Of a stretch of DNA of 64,000 bases, positions 38,804 through 51,310 are shown piece by piece. This DNA is from Peribolospora baueri (Eukaryota). The notes below the pieces were generated by a model, which saw nothing but the letters and a program-made list of their open reading frames with translations, ran no database searches and was not told where the DNA came from. A program made the translations under genes and the position numbers. The stretch covers positions 62,001-126,000 of the forward strand of contig JAMDHS010000022.1 of the NCBI GenBank assembly GCA_029717555.1, in the 5' to 3' direction. The stretch's first letter is position 1. Every line of letters starts with the position of its first letter.

Positions 38804-39998
38804 TTAATTGCCGCAGAGGTAGAGCGTGCTGTTGTTCGAACACGGGCGGACAGAATTCGCGTTAGGAAGGACAGGGGGCGTCAGTCAAGCGCGCTCCGAA
38901 CCGTCGTAGAGCCGCCCACTTCGTCTTCCTTCTGTCGGCGAGAAAGGGTCGAAGGCACTCACATGCCGAGGTTGGCGGCACCGCAAGACGTGTTCGCGGC
39001 ATTGTCGCCCGTGTCGTTGGGAGGGTAGGCCTGGGAAGGGTCGCAGCCTGTGCGAGCGGGGAAGAATCAGATTGTCAAGTATGTTCGGTTGAACTGCGAA
39101 GACGAAACGATTGATTATCTGTTGGCCGTCACTCACCCTGAGAGAAGCACGTCTTCACCTCGCAACCGGCGTTCTGAGGCCAGGGAACGGCCTGCATGCC
39201 CCGGGCTGCAGGTTGGGGAGGTTGCAAGTGGAGGGAAGGAAGGCGGTGAGATTCAAGTGGCCGGAAAAATGAAAGGAAGGGGAAATATGACCCACTGAAG
39301 CCCTGAATGTTGGAAAGGTCGTACGACTGGTCCGTGGGACCGGCGCCATTGTCGAAGCTGTTATCGCACGGTCCCGAGTAGGCGCAAATACATAGTCAGT
39401 CTAAGAACGTCTCCTATATTCAGGCCGCCTGGCGGTGAACGTTGGAAGAGGGGCACGGAGCTCACTTGTACTCCAATAACGAGCAACCCCAGCCGTCCGA
39501 ACCACAGTTGCCCGAGGCGGCGTCGAACAGGCGGCCGACAAAGTTGTCAGGGAGCTGTACGCGAAGAGCCAATCCGTCGTCAGTCATGTGCGAGACAAGA
39601 AAGACTCCTCGCTGGGTCGCTTTGTTCTTGCGACTTCTCTCCGAACTGCACGTAAGGCGTAAGGCCATCCACGGGTGAAACTCACGTTGAAAACGGTTTG
39701 GGCGCCGGCGTTGACGGACTGCTTCCAGGGACCTCCGTACGAGTTCGTGTGACCGCACCTCGCCGGGGAGTACGTGCAAGAGGTGTCGACGATGGTCGGC
39801 TGGACGGTGGACTGGAGCGTGGCGGATGTCGCATCAATCAACTGTGCTCCACAGGGCATAAGTCGGACGTTCCTAAGCGAATGAATGCCAGCTCACCCCG
39901 CATTTGTTGACGACGGTGATGCTGTGGCCAGCGTGAACGCCAGTCAAGGCCACGGAGGCCAGAAGGCCAAGAAAAAGCGTGGTGCGAGCGGTAGCCAT
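38804..39998 (-). CDS. Small secreted thaumatin-like protein (~185 aa, 10 Cys, 7 exons)
   Basis: Signal peptide MATARTTLFLGLLASVALTGVHA, then HSITVVNKCG-STVQP...LPDNFVGRLF..GNCGSDGWGCSLLEYNF..QSYDLSNIQGFTRGMQAVP..GC..KTC..GC..AY..ND..C..GITLYLCGN*. YDLSNIQGF resembles the thaumatin YDVSLVDGFN motif. Confidence 0.8.
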
Positions 39999-40528
39999 GA
40001 GGATCGAGTGAACGGGGAGGAGATGGGAAGGGTCGAGGAAGCCGTGATGAAGGAACCCAGTTTGTATCACTCGGGTCTTCTTATACCTCCTATGTCTTCA
40101 TTCCTCCTCTTCTTTCCGGTAACGCTTAGGACGAGGCTGACATTCCCCTCTTCGTGAGTCTGTTCATGGCCGGAACGTGCCCATTTGGCGAACCCTCGGG
40201 CCCGTAGTTAGATGCAAGGACGATACGTCCAGCAGAGGACCGCGACGGTCATACCATCTTCCATGTGACTTGCAAATCGCCCCCGCAAAACCACGCGGCG
40301 ACCTCGTCAGCACGGCTGGACGGGACGACCGGCGCCTCTCCACTAAGAGGGAGGTCCCATGTGCGTCGAGGCAACGACATACTGGCGTTTGCGAAGATGG
40401 GTGGGAACGTGACCTTGGAGTGCCAGCTTGTGCCATGCTTTCGCGGAGGCGGCGGTGCAGCGTGTGATGCGTCACGGCATGAGACCGTACCATTAGCCGG
40501 TGGTGGTCAGAAAGAGAGTGAACCGGCG

Positions 40529-40598
40529 CTTGGTTGCTTGGTTGCTTGATTGCTTGCTTGCTTACTTGCTTGCCTGACTTGCTTGCTTGATTGCTTGC
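40529..40598. repeat. Imperfect (TTGC/TTGG)n microsatellite in the divergent promoter region
   Basis: CTTGGTTGCTTGGTTGCTTGATTGCTTGCTTGCTTACTTGCTTG... Confidence 0.85.
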
Positions 40599-41239
40599 GT
40601 TGCCGGCTTGGCTGTCGTTTCGGCATATCCCTTCCTCTCTCCTCCGCTCCGAGTCGGCCCTCCCACAAATCCTCCGCCAACGTCGACTATCTTCGGCTTA
40701 TTCTCAATGTCCTCCGCCGATCATCGATCGGTTCCGGCAGCAAAGCTCGGCTTGGTCTGCGATCGGCATGTCCGACGTCAGTCTCCTCCTCTCTCCACCT
40801 CGCCCGACGAGACTCAGGGCCCGCAACGGCGCCGCATTGCTTTTGCTCTAGCTCGGGCGAACGCGCAGCGCTCCACCTTACTCCCCGGCACGTTTCCCCA
40901 CTAATGCTGTGCAACGTTTGGGTTGCCCTCGTCACCGGGTTATTGTCCATCGCCTCCGCTCGAGCCCCTAACGTTCACGTCCGCGTGACCTACTGGCTGT
41001 GCAATGTCCCGGCACTTAGCAGGTTTCGCAGCTCGGAACGCCCTCCCGGGGGTCACGTTTGTCCAGAGTTCGTCGTCCGTATCACACGGCGCCCACGGAG
41101 AGAGAGAGTTGGTGTGTGGCCGCCGCCGACGGCCGTCGGAAAAATGAATATAAGAGCGCGCGTCGGTCTCGTCGAGATGGTCCTATCTTTTTTCCCTCAC
41201 CTCGTCTTCTCATCGCACTCCTCATCCCCCACTCTCACA

Positions 41240-42099
41240 ATGTTGAAGCTCGCTCTCTTCGCCCTCGCCGCCGGCGCCTCCACCGCCCTCGCTGGCCACC
41301 AGGTCACGATCAACAACAAGTGTGGCCAGGCCGTCAAGTTCCAGGTCCCCGGCCAGGGCACGTTCTCTGGCTCGCACTACTTCAACGGCGACGCCAACGG
41401 CGGTGTCATCTCCGTCGGCAACAACTGCAGCATCGACGGCGTCGGCTGCAGTGAGTACAGCAATGGCGCACCGGATGATGATGTCGCTCGAGGACATTCG
41501 CTCCTAGCTCTCTGCTAGTCGTCCTCGCCTTGGCTCACTCTACCGTCTTCGTTTGCTTTTCCCTCTTCCTTTGCCCAATCACTCGCGGACCGCTTCAGCG
41601 TCGGTCGAGTTCAGCTTGAACAGCGGCGTGTCTTCGGCTGACATCACGCTCATCCCCCCTCACACTTTCAACGTGAGCCGTGCCGTAGTGTCATTACCGT
41701 ACAGGCCCCAGTCACTGACCCGGTCTTGATGCCCCATCCATCCTCACATTGTTGCAGGTCCCCGTGACCATCACGCTGAGCAACGGCCAGTCCAAGACCT
41801 GCAGCTCGGCCAACTGCGGCCCCAGCAACGCTTTCTACGTCCCGACCGACTACGGGGCCCAGATCCAGGTGCGCGCGGCTTGTTTGTTTGCCTCCGCCCG
41901 TGCCCCGGGCTCGCTAGAAACGTCTCCGCTCACTCCTCCGCCGTTCTTGGGCGCCCGGACTTTTTTTGTAGGAGTCCAACAACCCGAACAGCGGTAAGTG
42001 GCTTGGGTTCATCGAAAAGCGACGGGACGGCCATCGCTGACAATTTCGTCCGTTCTCCTTCCCCTGTGTCGCCCAGGTCTGACCGCCACCTTCTGCTAA
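41240..42099 (+). CDS. Small secreted Cys-containing protein, divergent thaumatin-like (146 aa, 6 Cys, 5 exons)
   Basis: Exons 41240-41450, 41599-41672, 41758-41868, 41972-41993 and 42077-42099 give MLKLALFALAAGASTALA-GHQVTINNKCG...NNCSIDGVGCTSVEFSL..SSADITLIPPHTFNVPVTI..KTCSSANCGPSNAFYVPTDYGAQIQ..GLTATFC*. TATAAGA at ~41149. Confidence 0.8.
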
Positions 42100-43508
42100 G
42101 CGGACGGAGAAGGGTTCAACGATCGCGAATAGTGTTTTTTGTTTTGTTTTGTTTTGTTTTTTTCAGACGAGACGTCAAAAAGAATATGGACTCTTTTAGT
42201 TCTCATTCGCGTCTTTTTTGTTGTAGCTAGTATATGATCTCTTGTCCGACTGCCAACTGCGAACGTATCTTATCTCTCTGCCGATCGCGGCCCGGCCCTC
42301 GCTCAGACCTGACCTCTTTCTCTCTCGCGGTGGCTGTTCTGCCGCCGTTCCGTCCGTCCGTCCGTCCGCCGCATTCGCCCCGTCCCTCACGCCCGCCTGC
42401 CTGCCGTCCGTTCGCGTACCTGGAGACAGACATCCGGTACGGCACGGTACGGTACGATCGCCCTGCCGAACGCAGCGCAGTCAGTCTTCTGACGACGTTG
42501 CCCCGCCGTCGGTGCGTGCGCGCTCACCCTCCGCCTCCGCCTCCGCTCCCCTGCGCGAAATCGCGCAGACCCCTGCAACGACGGAGGACCCGTCCGTCCG
42601 TGTTTGGCGACCATGATCCGACGACGATGACGACGAAGACGACGAAGACGACGAAGACGACGACGGTAAAAGATGACGATGACGACGATGGTAAATAATC
42701 CCCACTTCGATCCATTCGTTCATCCCCTATGCTGCTTCTTCGCTGGTGTTCCTGGTGATCGCATCGCGTCGCGTCGCGTTTTTTCTGTCCCCCGCGAGCC
42801 AGAGAGCCCCGTATCTAGCCAATCTGCATACGCGACGCAGTCTACGTTAACGCTCGCAAATCGTTCTTCTTCTCCAAGCCGTCGGTCATTGTCGAAGAAG
42901 GGACGAACAGGAAGGAAGGAAGGAAGGACGGGCGCGAATGTGGACGCGATCGGACGGACGGAGCGAAAGGAACAGACGGAGAAGATTAACCCATCGACCA
43001 ACCAACTGGGCTGGGCGGGACGCGTAAAGTAAAAACAAGGGGGCGGAGAAAGGCGGGATCGAAGAGAAAGGAAAGGAAAGAAAAAAGAAAAAAAGACGAG
43101 CGAGTCCGTGCGTGCGAGCGGCGTCGATGGTCGGCAGCCATGTGGAAAGGTAGAAAGAAGGGAAAAGCTAGCTTAGCTTAGCTGTACGGATAGACCTTGG
43201 ATGCTTGACTGAAGCGAACGGAGTGGAGGTGTAGATGGATGCGTTGGGATGGGAGGAAAAAGAGGAAGAGGACATGCATCCTTTCGTGGGGTGGGGTAGG
43301 GTAGGGTATTGAATCCTACGTACGTATGTATGTATGCATATCTGAAGCTCGAACAGACGAGACGAGGGCCCGGAACGGATCGAAAAGGGAAGCGAAAGAA
43401 AAAAAGAAAAGAAAAGAAAATGTCCGACCGTCGCCCGTCACACACCCGTCTCAATGGCGAGTGCGGTCTACAAAAAAAGGAAAAATACTCGAACGCCGAC
43501 CGCCAACA

Positions 43509-46500
43509 TCACATCACCACACAATCCTTGTCCTCCAGCTTTTGGGCCTTGAATCCCATCTCCTCAAACGTCTGATACTTCTTCCCGCCGGCCCCCGTCG
43601 TCGTCTCTGCTCCTGCCGCGCGACCACCGTTCGCTCCACTGCTAGGTTGGCGAACGTTGTTCCCCGCCGGCGGCCTCCCGCCTCTACCGCCCCCAGCACC
43701 TCCAACATTGGACCGGGCCTGCGCTTGGGCTTGGGCCTGCGGAGGGGCCACAGGCGCATCGACGAGGCTGAACCCGCGTCCATGGCGCGTCTCCACGGGC
43801 ACCGAGTTGGCATGCCCGAGGCCATGGCCGGGCGGTCGGACGGCGCCGACGCCAAAGCCGCCGGACATCTGATGTTTCAACACAGGTCGAGACGCCGTCG
43901 CCGCCGCCGGGGGCCCGACGACCGATGGGGGCGAAGATGCGGGATGCGAAGACGGGCCGTATCCGCCCGGCTGCTGCTGCTGTTGCTGCTGGGGTGCTCC
44001 CAATGGCCCAGCAGCGATGCGCGTGTTGGCGGGAGCGGCGGCGGGGAAAGACTGCCAAGCGGCCATCTCAGCTTGCTTAAGGGTGCGCCTCCTCGCCAGC
44101 TCGTTCCTTCCTCCAGCGGCGGCGGCCGGGCCGCCAGCGCCAGCCTCCTTCTCGCTCTTGAGCCTGGCCTGGGTCAGCTTGCGCTGGAGCTTGTTATCCA
44201 CGTGGGCCTCGTGTTCGGTGCGCGAGAGTGGCGTCGCGTCCGGCTTGCCGAGCGCTTCCAGGCGCTCCTTGGCGTCCGCGTTGCCTTGAGCGGCGGCCTG
44301 CGCGGCGAGAAGAGGGGCAAAAAAAAAGAAAAAGAGAAAAAGAGAAAAAGAGAAAAAAGAAAGAAAGAAAGAAAAAGAAAAAGAATAGAATAGAATAGAA
44401 TAGAATGGAATAGAATAGAATAGAATATAATAGAATAGAATAAAAGAAAAAAAGAGCGAGCCTAGTAAGCACAAATCCCAACTCAGACCAAAAGCCAAAG
44501 AGACAAGCCGCACTTGCCTTTTCGTACCACTCCCTGGCCGCTTTCACATCCTTCTTGCATCCGACGCCGACCTCGTAGTAATAAGCGAGGGCGAACTGAG
44601 CGGGGGCGGCGGGGGCGGTCAGTTCAAGATCGATCTGGGATAGACGGATGCGGTCCGAAGCTCACCTCGCCACTCGCGAGCCCCTTCACGGCAGCCTTGT
44701 CAGCCAAAGTAAACGCGAGATTTTCATTCTTCTCAAAGAGCCCCTCGGCGCCACAGAGGAACCACCTGGAGAGGGCGAGAGCGGATTGGGCGTCGCCTCC
44801 TTGGCTCGCCAAGCTGTAGTACTGGACGCTCAACAGCGGGTCGAACGGGCATCCTAGCTGGGCGTACTCGTGCAGGTAGCCCATCTTGTACTGCGCCGGG
44901 GCGAAATTGAGGTAGGCGGCTCTTTCGATGCGTCGGCGCGCCTCGGATTCGAGCGTCGGACGCGGGTTGGACGGGTCGGGAACGGGGACGATGAGATGCT
45001 TGGGAATGTCCACATGGTCAAATTCGCCGGCGAGGAGCATGCCGTAGATGTACGCCGGCTGAGGCGTATCCAGATCCGCCCTGTCGGCCGCAGAACGGAG
45101 GAGCGTGATGGCACGTGCAGGGTCGGGGGTCAAACTGAGCTGGCCGAGAAGGCTGGCCATGCCCATGCGCTGAAGGTCGAATGCGCATTGACACGCGAGT
45201 CGGCGAGAATCAGAAGAGTCTTCACGATCAGCGAGGATTCAACGACCTTTACGACCCTCGCTGCCAAATCAAAGGGAAAAGCAAGCCGACGCTCACGTAG
45301 ATGCACCCGCAGTCGCCCTTCTCAACGCCCCTCTCATATGCGTCCTTGGCTCTCTTCACATCTCCGAGCACCTCGTAGTCCCTAGCGATGCGGAACCAAG
45401 CGGGCGCCCAACCGGAGCGAGCGGCAAGCTCAAAGTCACTGAACGCGGCCTTGAGGTTGCGGGGGCAGTAGGAGGGGAACGAGCCTGAGGCGTTCAGGTC
45501 GCCGCGGAGGTAGAGGGCTTCGGGTACGGGAGAGGGCTTGGAGGCCGCATCGAGGATCTGTGCATGGAGGAGGCGGGGATGGAAAGAAAAGACGGGGAGA
45601 AGGCAAGAAAAAAGTGGCAAGAAAAGCAGGCATCCGTCAGCGCTCGCCGGTCCAGGGAGCCTGTGACGCTAACAGGACGACTCACGATGCGGATCGCTTC
45701 ATCGGTATACTTGACGCAAGTCGCATCGGTGATCTTGCCTCCGGCTGCCGGCGCGGCCAGGCCGGCGACGTCGGGGGAGGCATCGGCGCCGAAGTGCCTC
45801 CTCTCGACGTACTTGAGGACCTGCTTGGCCCAGCCGAGCTTGCGTTGCTCGTCGGCGCTGGCAAAGGCCCTCTCACGCATCGAGGTGAGCGAGGGCATGT
45901 CCGGGAGCGGGGCGGCGAGGAGGGGCGGATCTTGAGAGGAGGCGGCGGAGAGGGAGGAGGAGGAGGCATTGGGGGGTGGAGTGTTGGAGAAGCGGGTGTT
46001 GGGGAGAGAGGTGGTGGAAGCAGACGGAAGGGTGGAGGAAGCGTAGCGACTGTGGCGTTGTTGAGACGGTGGGCCGTTGGCGGTCGGCTTGGCGAGCAAG
46101 CCCATCTCGGAGACGTACGACGGCCGTCGATCGCCGAGGGGCGGCGGTGGATGATGGGCGGGGGAAGGAGAAGGACGACGGTCGTAGAGGGAGAGATCGG
46201 AGAGGCTGCTGGAGAAAGGTCGATCGGCGGCGACGACGTAGGCGTTGGTGTTGGGACGGATGTGGTAGGATTGGGAGGAGGAGGCGGAGGAGGCTGCGGA
46301 AAAGGCGCTCATAGGCCTCGGGCCTCCGAGCGTGGCGGGGGCAGGACGGGGCGAGCCTTGGAAGTGCGGCGGGCCGTTGTCAGCGGGGCCGAGGGCGAAG
46401 CCGGCGGGAGGGAAGGCGGAAGGGTTGGGCGAGGAGGCGCGGTAGGCGGCGTCGACGGGGACACTTGGGAGGAAGCGGCGAGGGGTGGGCGCGACGAGGT

Positions 46501-46684
46501 CGGCCTTGGCTTTGGCTTGCTCCTGTAGACGGCGCTCGCGAGCAAGGACGTCAGGCGGGAGATGAGGGACGGGGGGAGGTGGGTGTGGATGTGGAGCGGG
46601 GTAAGAAGAGGCAAAGGCGGTGGTGGTAGATGGAGGGCCGTAGAAGCCTGGCGGGTGGGGAGGCAGAGGCGGCGGGTTGGCCAT
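43509..46684 (-). CDS. Sel1-repeat chitin synthase regulator (Chs4/Skt5-like), CaaX-prenylated
   Basis: Pro/Ser-rich N-terminus, KLGWAKQVLKYVER, Sel1-like repeats (EALYLRGDL, AWFRIARDYE, AYIYGMLLAGEF, AQYKMGYLHEYA..FDPLLSVQYYSLASQGG, ALALSRWFLCGAEG), and C-terminus YQTFEEMGFKAQKLEDKDCVVM*. Confidence 0.9.
44384..44440. repeat. (TAGAA)n pentanucleotide microsatellite within an intron
   Basis: About 11 imperfect TAGAA units next to an A-rich tract in intron 44298-44517 of the Chs4-like gene. Confidence 0.9.
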
Positions 46685-47544
46685 GGGTTGTATGTGCAGT
46701 GGTGTTGATGCCAAGGATGGGATGGATGATCGAGGGAGAAGGAGCGATCGCGGTCGCCTTGTCGACTAGAGACGGGAGAGCAGGGTAACGAGGGGTTGGA
46801 TGGGACGCTGTATGCGTTTCGTTTAGTTGCGTTGCGTTGCGATTCGTTTCCTTTCCTTGCTTCTTTTCTTATTATTTCTTTTTCGACTACGGCGACGAAA
46901 AGGGGCGACGGGGGAATGTGAAGCGACGCGGTTGCTTGGCTGGGTGGGGAAGAGAGGGGCGGAGAATTCGGAGGAGCGGTGGCTGGACGGCGAAGGAGAT
47001 GGTGGTGGTGGTGGTGCCGGTGATGGAGGATGGGAAAGAACGAGGACGAGGACGGAAGGCGAGAGCGTAAGCGACAGCGACAGCGAGGGCGATGGCGATG
47101 GCGACAGGCTGGAACGAAAAGCGATGCTCGAGTCGTTCCCTCGCTCACTCCCTGCGGAGGCGGTGACCCAAGGCCGAGCCAAGCCAACTAACAGCCAACC
47201 CAAGCGAGCCTACGAAAATAATCCAGGGCGCTGCGGAGCGCTCGCATGCGCCCGCCACGTGGCTCGCGGTCGACCGACCCAGCGGAGGTCATGCAACGAG
47301 TCGAGGCCCAGCCGCAGGTTCCGCCGTCGCCCGTGCGGCAGAAGGAAGAAAGATGGATGGGCGTAAAGAACAGGGCGAAGCACAACACAGCACGGCACAG
47401 CATAGCATCGCGGCCGACGTGGATGTCCGGAGTTAACAAAGTAAACACGTCGTCGATCATACGCCCGTACATCCATCCAACCGAGTCACGCATCCACGCA
47501 CGACCTCCTCGCCAGCCCACCCCCCCGCCTCGTACTAACAAACA

Positions 47545-50500
47545 TCACCCCTTCAGCTCATCCAACTCGCCAATAAGCAGCGCAGCCAAGACGAGCAACA
47601 CGGTAACAGGCGCCGCAAGGAGCGCATAAGACACAAAGATCGTACGGCTGATCAGCCGAGGTAGCGTCGATGTTGGCGTCAATGTCGGTGACTTGGACGC
47701 GATTTGCGCCAGTGTCAGTGCCGGTGGGGAGCCGATTAGGAGGCAGGCCGATGTGATGAAGATTGGGTCTGCGAGGACAAACAGATAGATTGATAGACAA
47801 ACAGAAAGACAGGTCGGTCACCCAGTCGAGTCACTCTTGGCCAGAACGAAATCAACCTACCATCGGCCACATTCCGCCTCGTCTTGATCGCCCACCAGGC
47901 CAGCACGGGCACGAGGACCAACGGAGTGAGGACCATCCTCGAGAACACCGCCACCGCCACCGTCCTACCTTCTCCCCTCGCCATCGTCCTCCCTCTTCCC
48001 CTTTCCCTCTCCGCCACCGCCGCAGGGGCTGGACTGTTGGACGAGGAAGCCGTATCAGCGGAAGCGGACCACCGCCGTCGCTCCACCTCGTCCAACGACG
48101 CCTTGCCACGCAGCTTGGCTGAGCCAAACGACAGCGGTGATGATGCCGCCGTCGTCGTCGCCGACGAAGGCGGTGACCGGCGGGCCGGAGTGCGTGCCCG
48201 TGCTTGCCCTCTCGACGCCGCCGCGACGGCCGCAGAGGGCGGCGTGGGAGACGGCTCGCTGTAGAAATAGGCTGGATGGAGAAAGAAAGAGACGATGAGC
48301 GTGCCCATTCTTTCTTTTGGACGACCGTCGGAAAACTCACATCCGAGCGTCAAGAGCGTGAGAGGGATGCTGCAATCTGTTCCAACGGGTGCGCGGCGAA
48401 ACGCAAGAGTCAGCTAGCTCAGCTCAGCGACGAGGGGAAAAAGCCAGACCAGACCTTGGCGGCTGACTCACCGCCGGCGGACTGTAAAGCGCCTCTGAGT
48501 GGCGTCAAGCGTGCCAAGAAGGTTTGTAACGGACCGATGCTCGCCACCAACAGCGATGCGATGGCCGCGTACCTGCGACCGGCCGCGTATAGGAAGGAGA
48601 GACCGGGGGGGGGGGGGAACAACAGAGTCAGCGAGGGCGGGCAACCAAGATTTTCGTCCGTGACGTAAAAAGGAAAATAGAAATGGAAAAAAAAAGACAG
48701 CGCCGACGCACATGGGCATGGTGCAAAATGCGTTCACCCTCTTCGCCGTCCTCCTCACCACCTTCCACGCGCTCCTCCCAGCCCCCACGGTCCTCCTCCG
48801 CAAGCAGCGGAGAAGAGACTGCAGCCGGGAGTGCGTCGGCTCGGTGACCAGGTCGCCTTGACCTCGGTGTCCGTGCTGGCTTCGGTGATGGAGACCAGGA
48901 GGAGGGGGACCCCATTCAGGGTCTGACATCCCTTCTTCTTCTTCTCTCTCCCTTTCCGCTCTTCGATAACCATATCGGCCCTCCTCCTCCTCCTCCTCCA
49001 TCTCTACCACCTCATCCTCATTCGTTACTTCCTCTTCCTCCTCCTCATCCGCAGCAGCAGTCGACAAAGACGTCGTAGACGGCACGGGGCTGTTGGGGAA
49101 CGAGCGCCAGACGGGACCGTTGTGTCGTCCAGCACGTCCTCCTCCTCCGAGCCTTGACGCCGCGGGAGGGCGCAACGAGGCAGAACGGCCCGTGCCGTTG
49201 GCGCCCGTCCGACCCAACAGCGCTGCCTCCTCCTCTTCTTCCCCCGCCCTTTCGTCCTCCCTCATCCTTCCCCCGCCGTCCTCCTCCTCCCACCGCTCGT
49301 CGTCCTCGTCTTCTCCCCGGTGCGGGAGGCGGTCCACAGCGTCGAAACAAGGCGTAGGAGGGGCCTCTTCAGCCGCCTGGAGGAGGTGTGCGCCGACAGA
49401 CCAGCGAAGGACTTGGCCTGGCATAGAAGAGAAGATGGGGTAGGGAGGAAAAAGAAGAAAGACGGAGAGACGGAAAAACAAAAGCCGTTAAAGAAACGAT
49501 GAGACGAGTCCACGGCGGCGAGCGCTCACCGAGGGTGGAGAAAAGGACCATGCTGTAGGAAGGAGAGCAACGGCGGGCGATCGCGACGCGGGTCAGTGTC
49601 AAGCTTGCCTGCCTAATCGGAACGAGGCGGGGCTCGGTAGGAGAGAAAGGAGGGGAGCGAGGTTAGGCAGGCGGACGGGACTCACTACGTGAGCGCGCGA
49701 CCGAGCATAGCAGACGGGTTGTCATTGGGCATCCATTTCAAACCGGGCACCGTGCCGATCATGGACTGTGTGAAAGAAAGGGAAGAAAATAGTCTGAGCG
49801 GGCCTTTGCTCCCTCCTCCGCCGTCCCGGGCGTCGCGCGAGGAAGAGGGGTAGACAGACCTGCATGAGGGCGACGGGCAAAGAATTGCTATTGGGCGAGA
49901 TGGCGCAGGCGATGGCAAAGTTGCGCTGCGGCCTGGTGAGTCGGAAGACGGCGGAGAGGAGGTACGAGGTGGCGGCTGAGACCTGTGGTTGGGGAGGGAG
50001 AAGACGAAAAATGGATGGGCAGGGCCAAGGATGCTCAACAAGGGCCGTGCGCACAGCAGATGGTGGAAAAGCGACGCGATCGAAAAAGCGGCGAGCGCGC
50101 GCGTCTGGGGGGACCGTCGACGCACCAAGGTAACAGCTAGCCAACCGGCGGGAACGGACCATAGCTCGAGGAGTTTTTGTGGCGAGAGGGCGAAGGCGAT
50201 CTTGGAGAAAAGGAGGGAGGTGGTGAGCGTGGAGACGTTGATGCGGTTGAGGCGCTGTCCGTGGGGGGGGGGGATGGAACGGGAGGCAGATAAGGGATAA
50301 GGACGCGGACACGGGTCGGAGTCGGTGGAGTCGGTGGCAGGTGGCAGAGGGATGAAAAAGGGCCTCACCGCCTGCGTCTGCTTGTCGAGGATGCCTCTGC
50401 GGGCCAGAAAGTAGCCGACGACGGCGATGATGGCCACCTGGAGAACGGACTGTGCTGTTGCTGTTGGGGGTGATCCAAAGATGTGAGAGGGAGGTGAGGA

Positions 50501-50601
50501 TGAGAGTCTGTCCGATCCGACCCCATCGCTCGCGCGCTCGCTCGCTCACCTGAGAGGAGCGTTGACACGAGGGGGTTCTTGGACGAGGTGGTGACGGCCA
50601 T
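47545..50601 (-). CDS. Auxin efflux carrier-like (Mem_trans/PILS, yeast Ecm3/YBR287W-like) membrane transporter
   Basis: VLQVAIIAVVGYFLARRG, LNRINVSTLTTSLLFSKIA, PNSNSLPVALM, GRALTYMVLFSTLGQVLRWS, a long acidic loop, VAVFSRMVLTPL, and DPIFITSACLLIGSPPALTLAQI; stop at 47545. Confidence 0.88.
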
Positions 50602-51310
50602 AGCGCCGGGGGGAGGGCGCTCGGCTGGAGACGAGGAAGGAGTCGGGCGGCGATGTGAGAGGGTGGCAGGGAGGAAGAGGAAGGAGGACGAGGTGATTCT
50701 TGTCAAATATCTCCGTATCTGTGATCTCTCTGTGGCCCGGTCGACTCTCTTCATCCATTTACTCTGTCGCGATTGTCTAACATGATCATAAATCCGTCCC
50801 TTTCCATCCTGCGCCCCTCATCCACCTCCTCCATCTCTCCCTCCCTCCCCCGTCTCCCTCCTGCTCCCCCGCTGTCATCGCTTTCGACGCTCGCCAAGCT
50901 CTGGCCGCCATCATCATCTCATCGCCAAGTAGGCCCCCGCAAAGGCCAAGCAGGCCACGCCGGCCAAGCAAGGGACGAGGCCGAGTATTGACGACGTCGC
51001 AACACGTAAATCAAATTACACCTTCGAGCCGCTTTTGTTTCGAAACGCTGCGCAGAAGCCACGTGGCACCGGCCTTGGCGGCGCACGTGCTGGCGGAGCC
51101 AAGAATACGTGCCCGAGTCAGGCCGAGCCAAGATGTCCCAGCGGTCGTGCACGCGATGTAGTAGGATTGACTCGAGTCACGTGCACCAGCACCTTCGGCC
51201 TTGCCTTGGGCCTTGCTGGACGTCTAGACGGCTTTGCGTCGCCTTGGCCACTCCCACTGTCGTCAACGCAGCCAGCCCAGCGCTCGCCTCTTTGCTCACC
51301 TTCGCGCGCC

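Noticed and set aside
40550..41239. Long 322-aa ORF running into the thaumatin-like gene
   Set aside because: It starts in a microsatellite at a non-ATG codon. The real start is ATG 41240, which follows a TATA element and begins a signal peptide.
43326..46528. Long plus-strand ORFs (355 aa and 322 aa) antisense to the Chs4-like gene
   Set aside because: Shadow ORFs expected from GC-rich codon usage; low-complexity translations.
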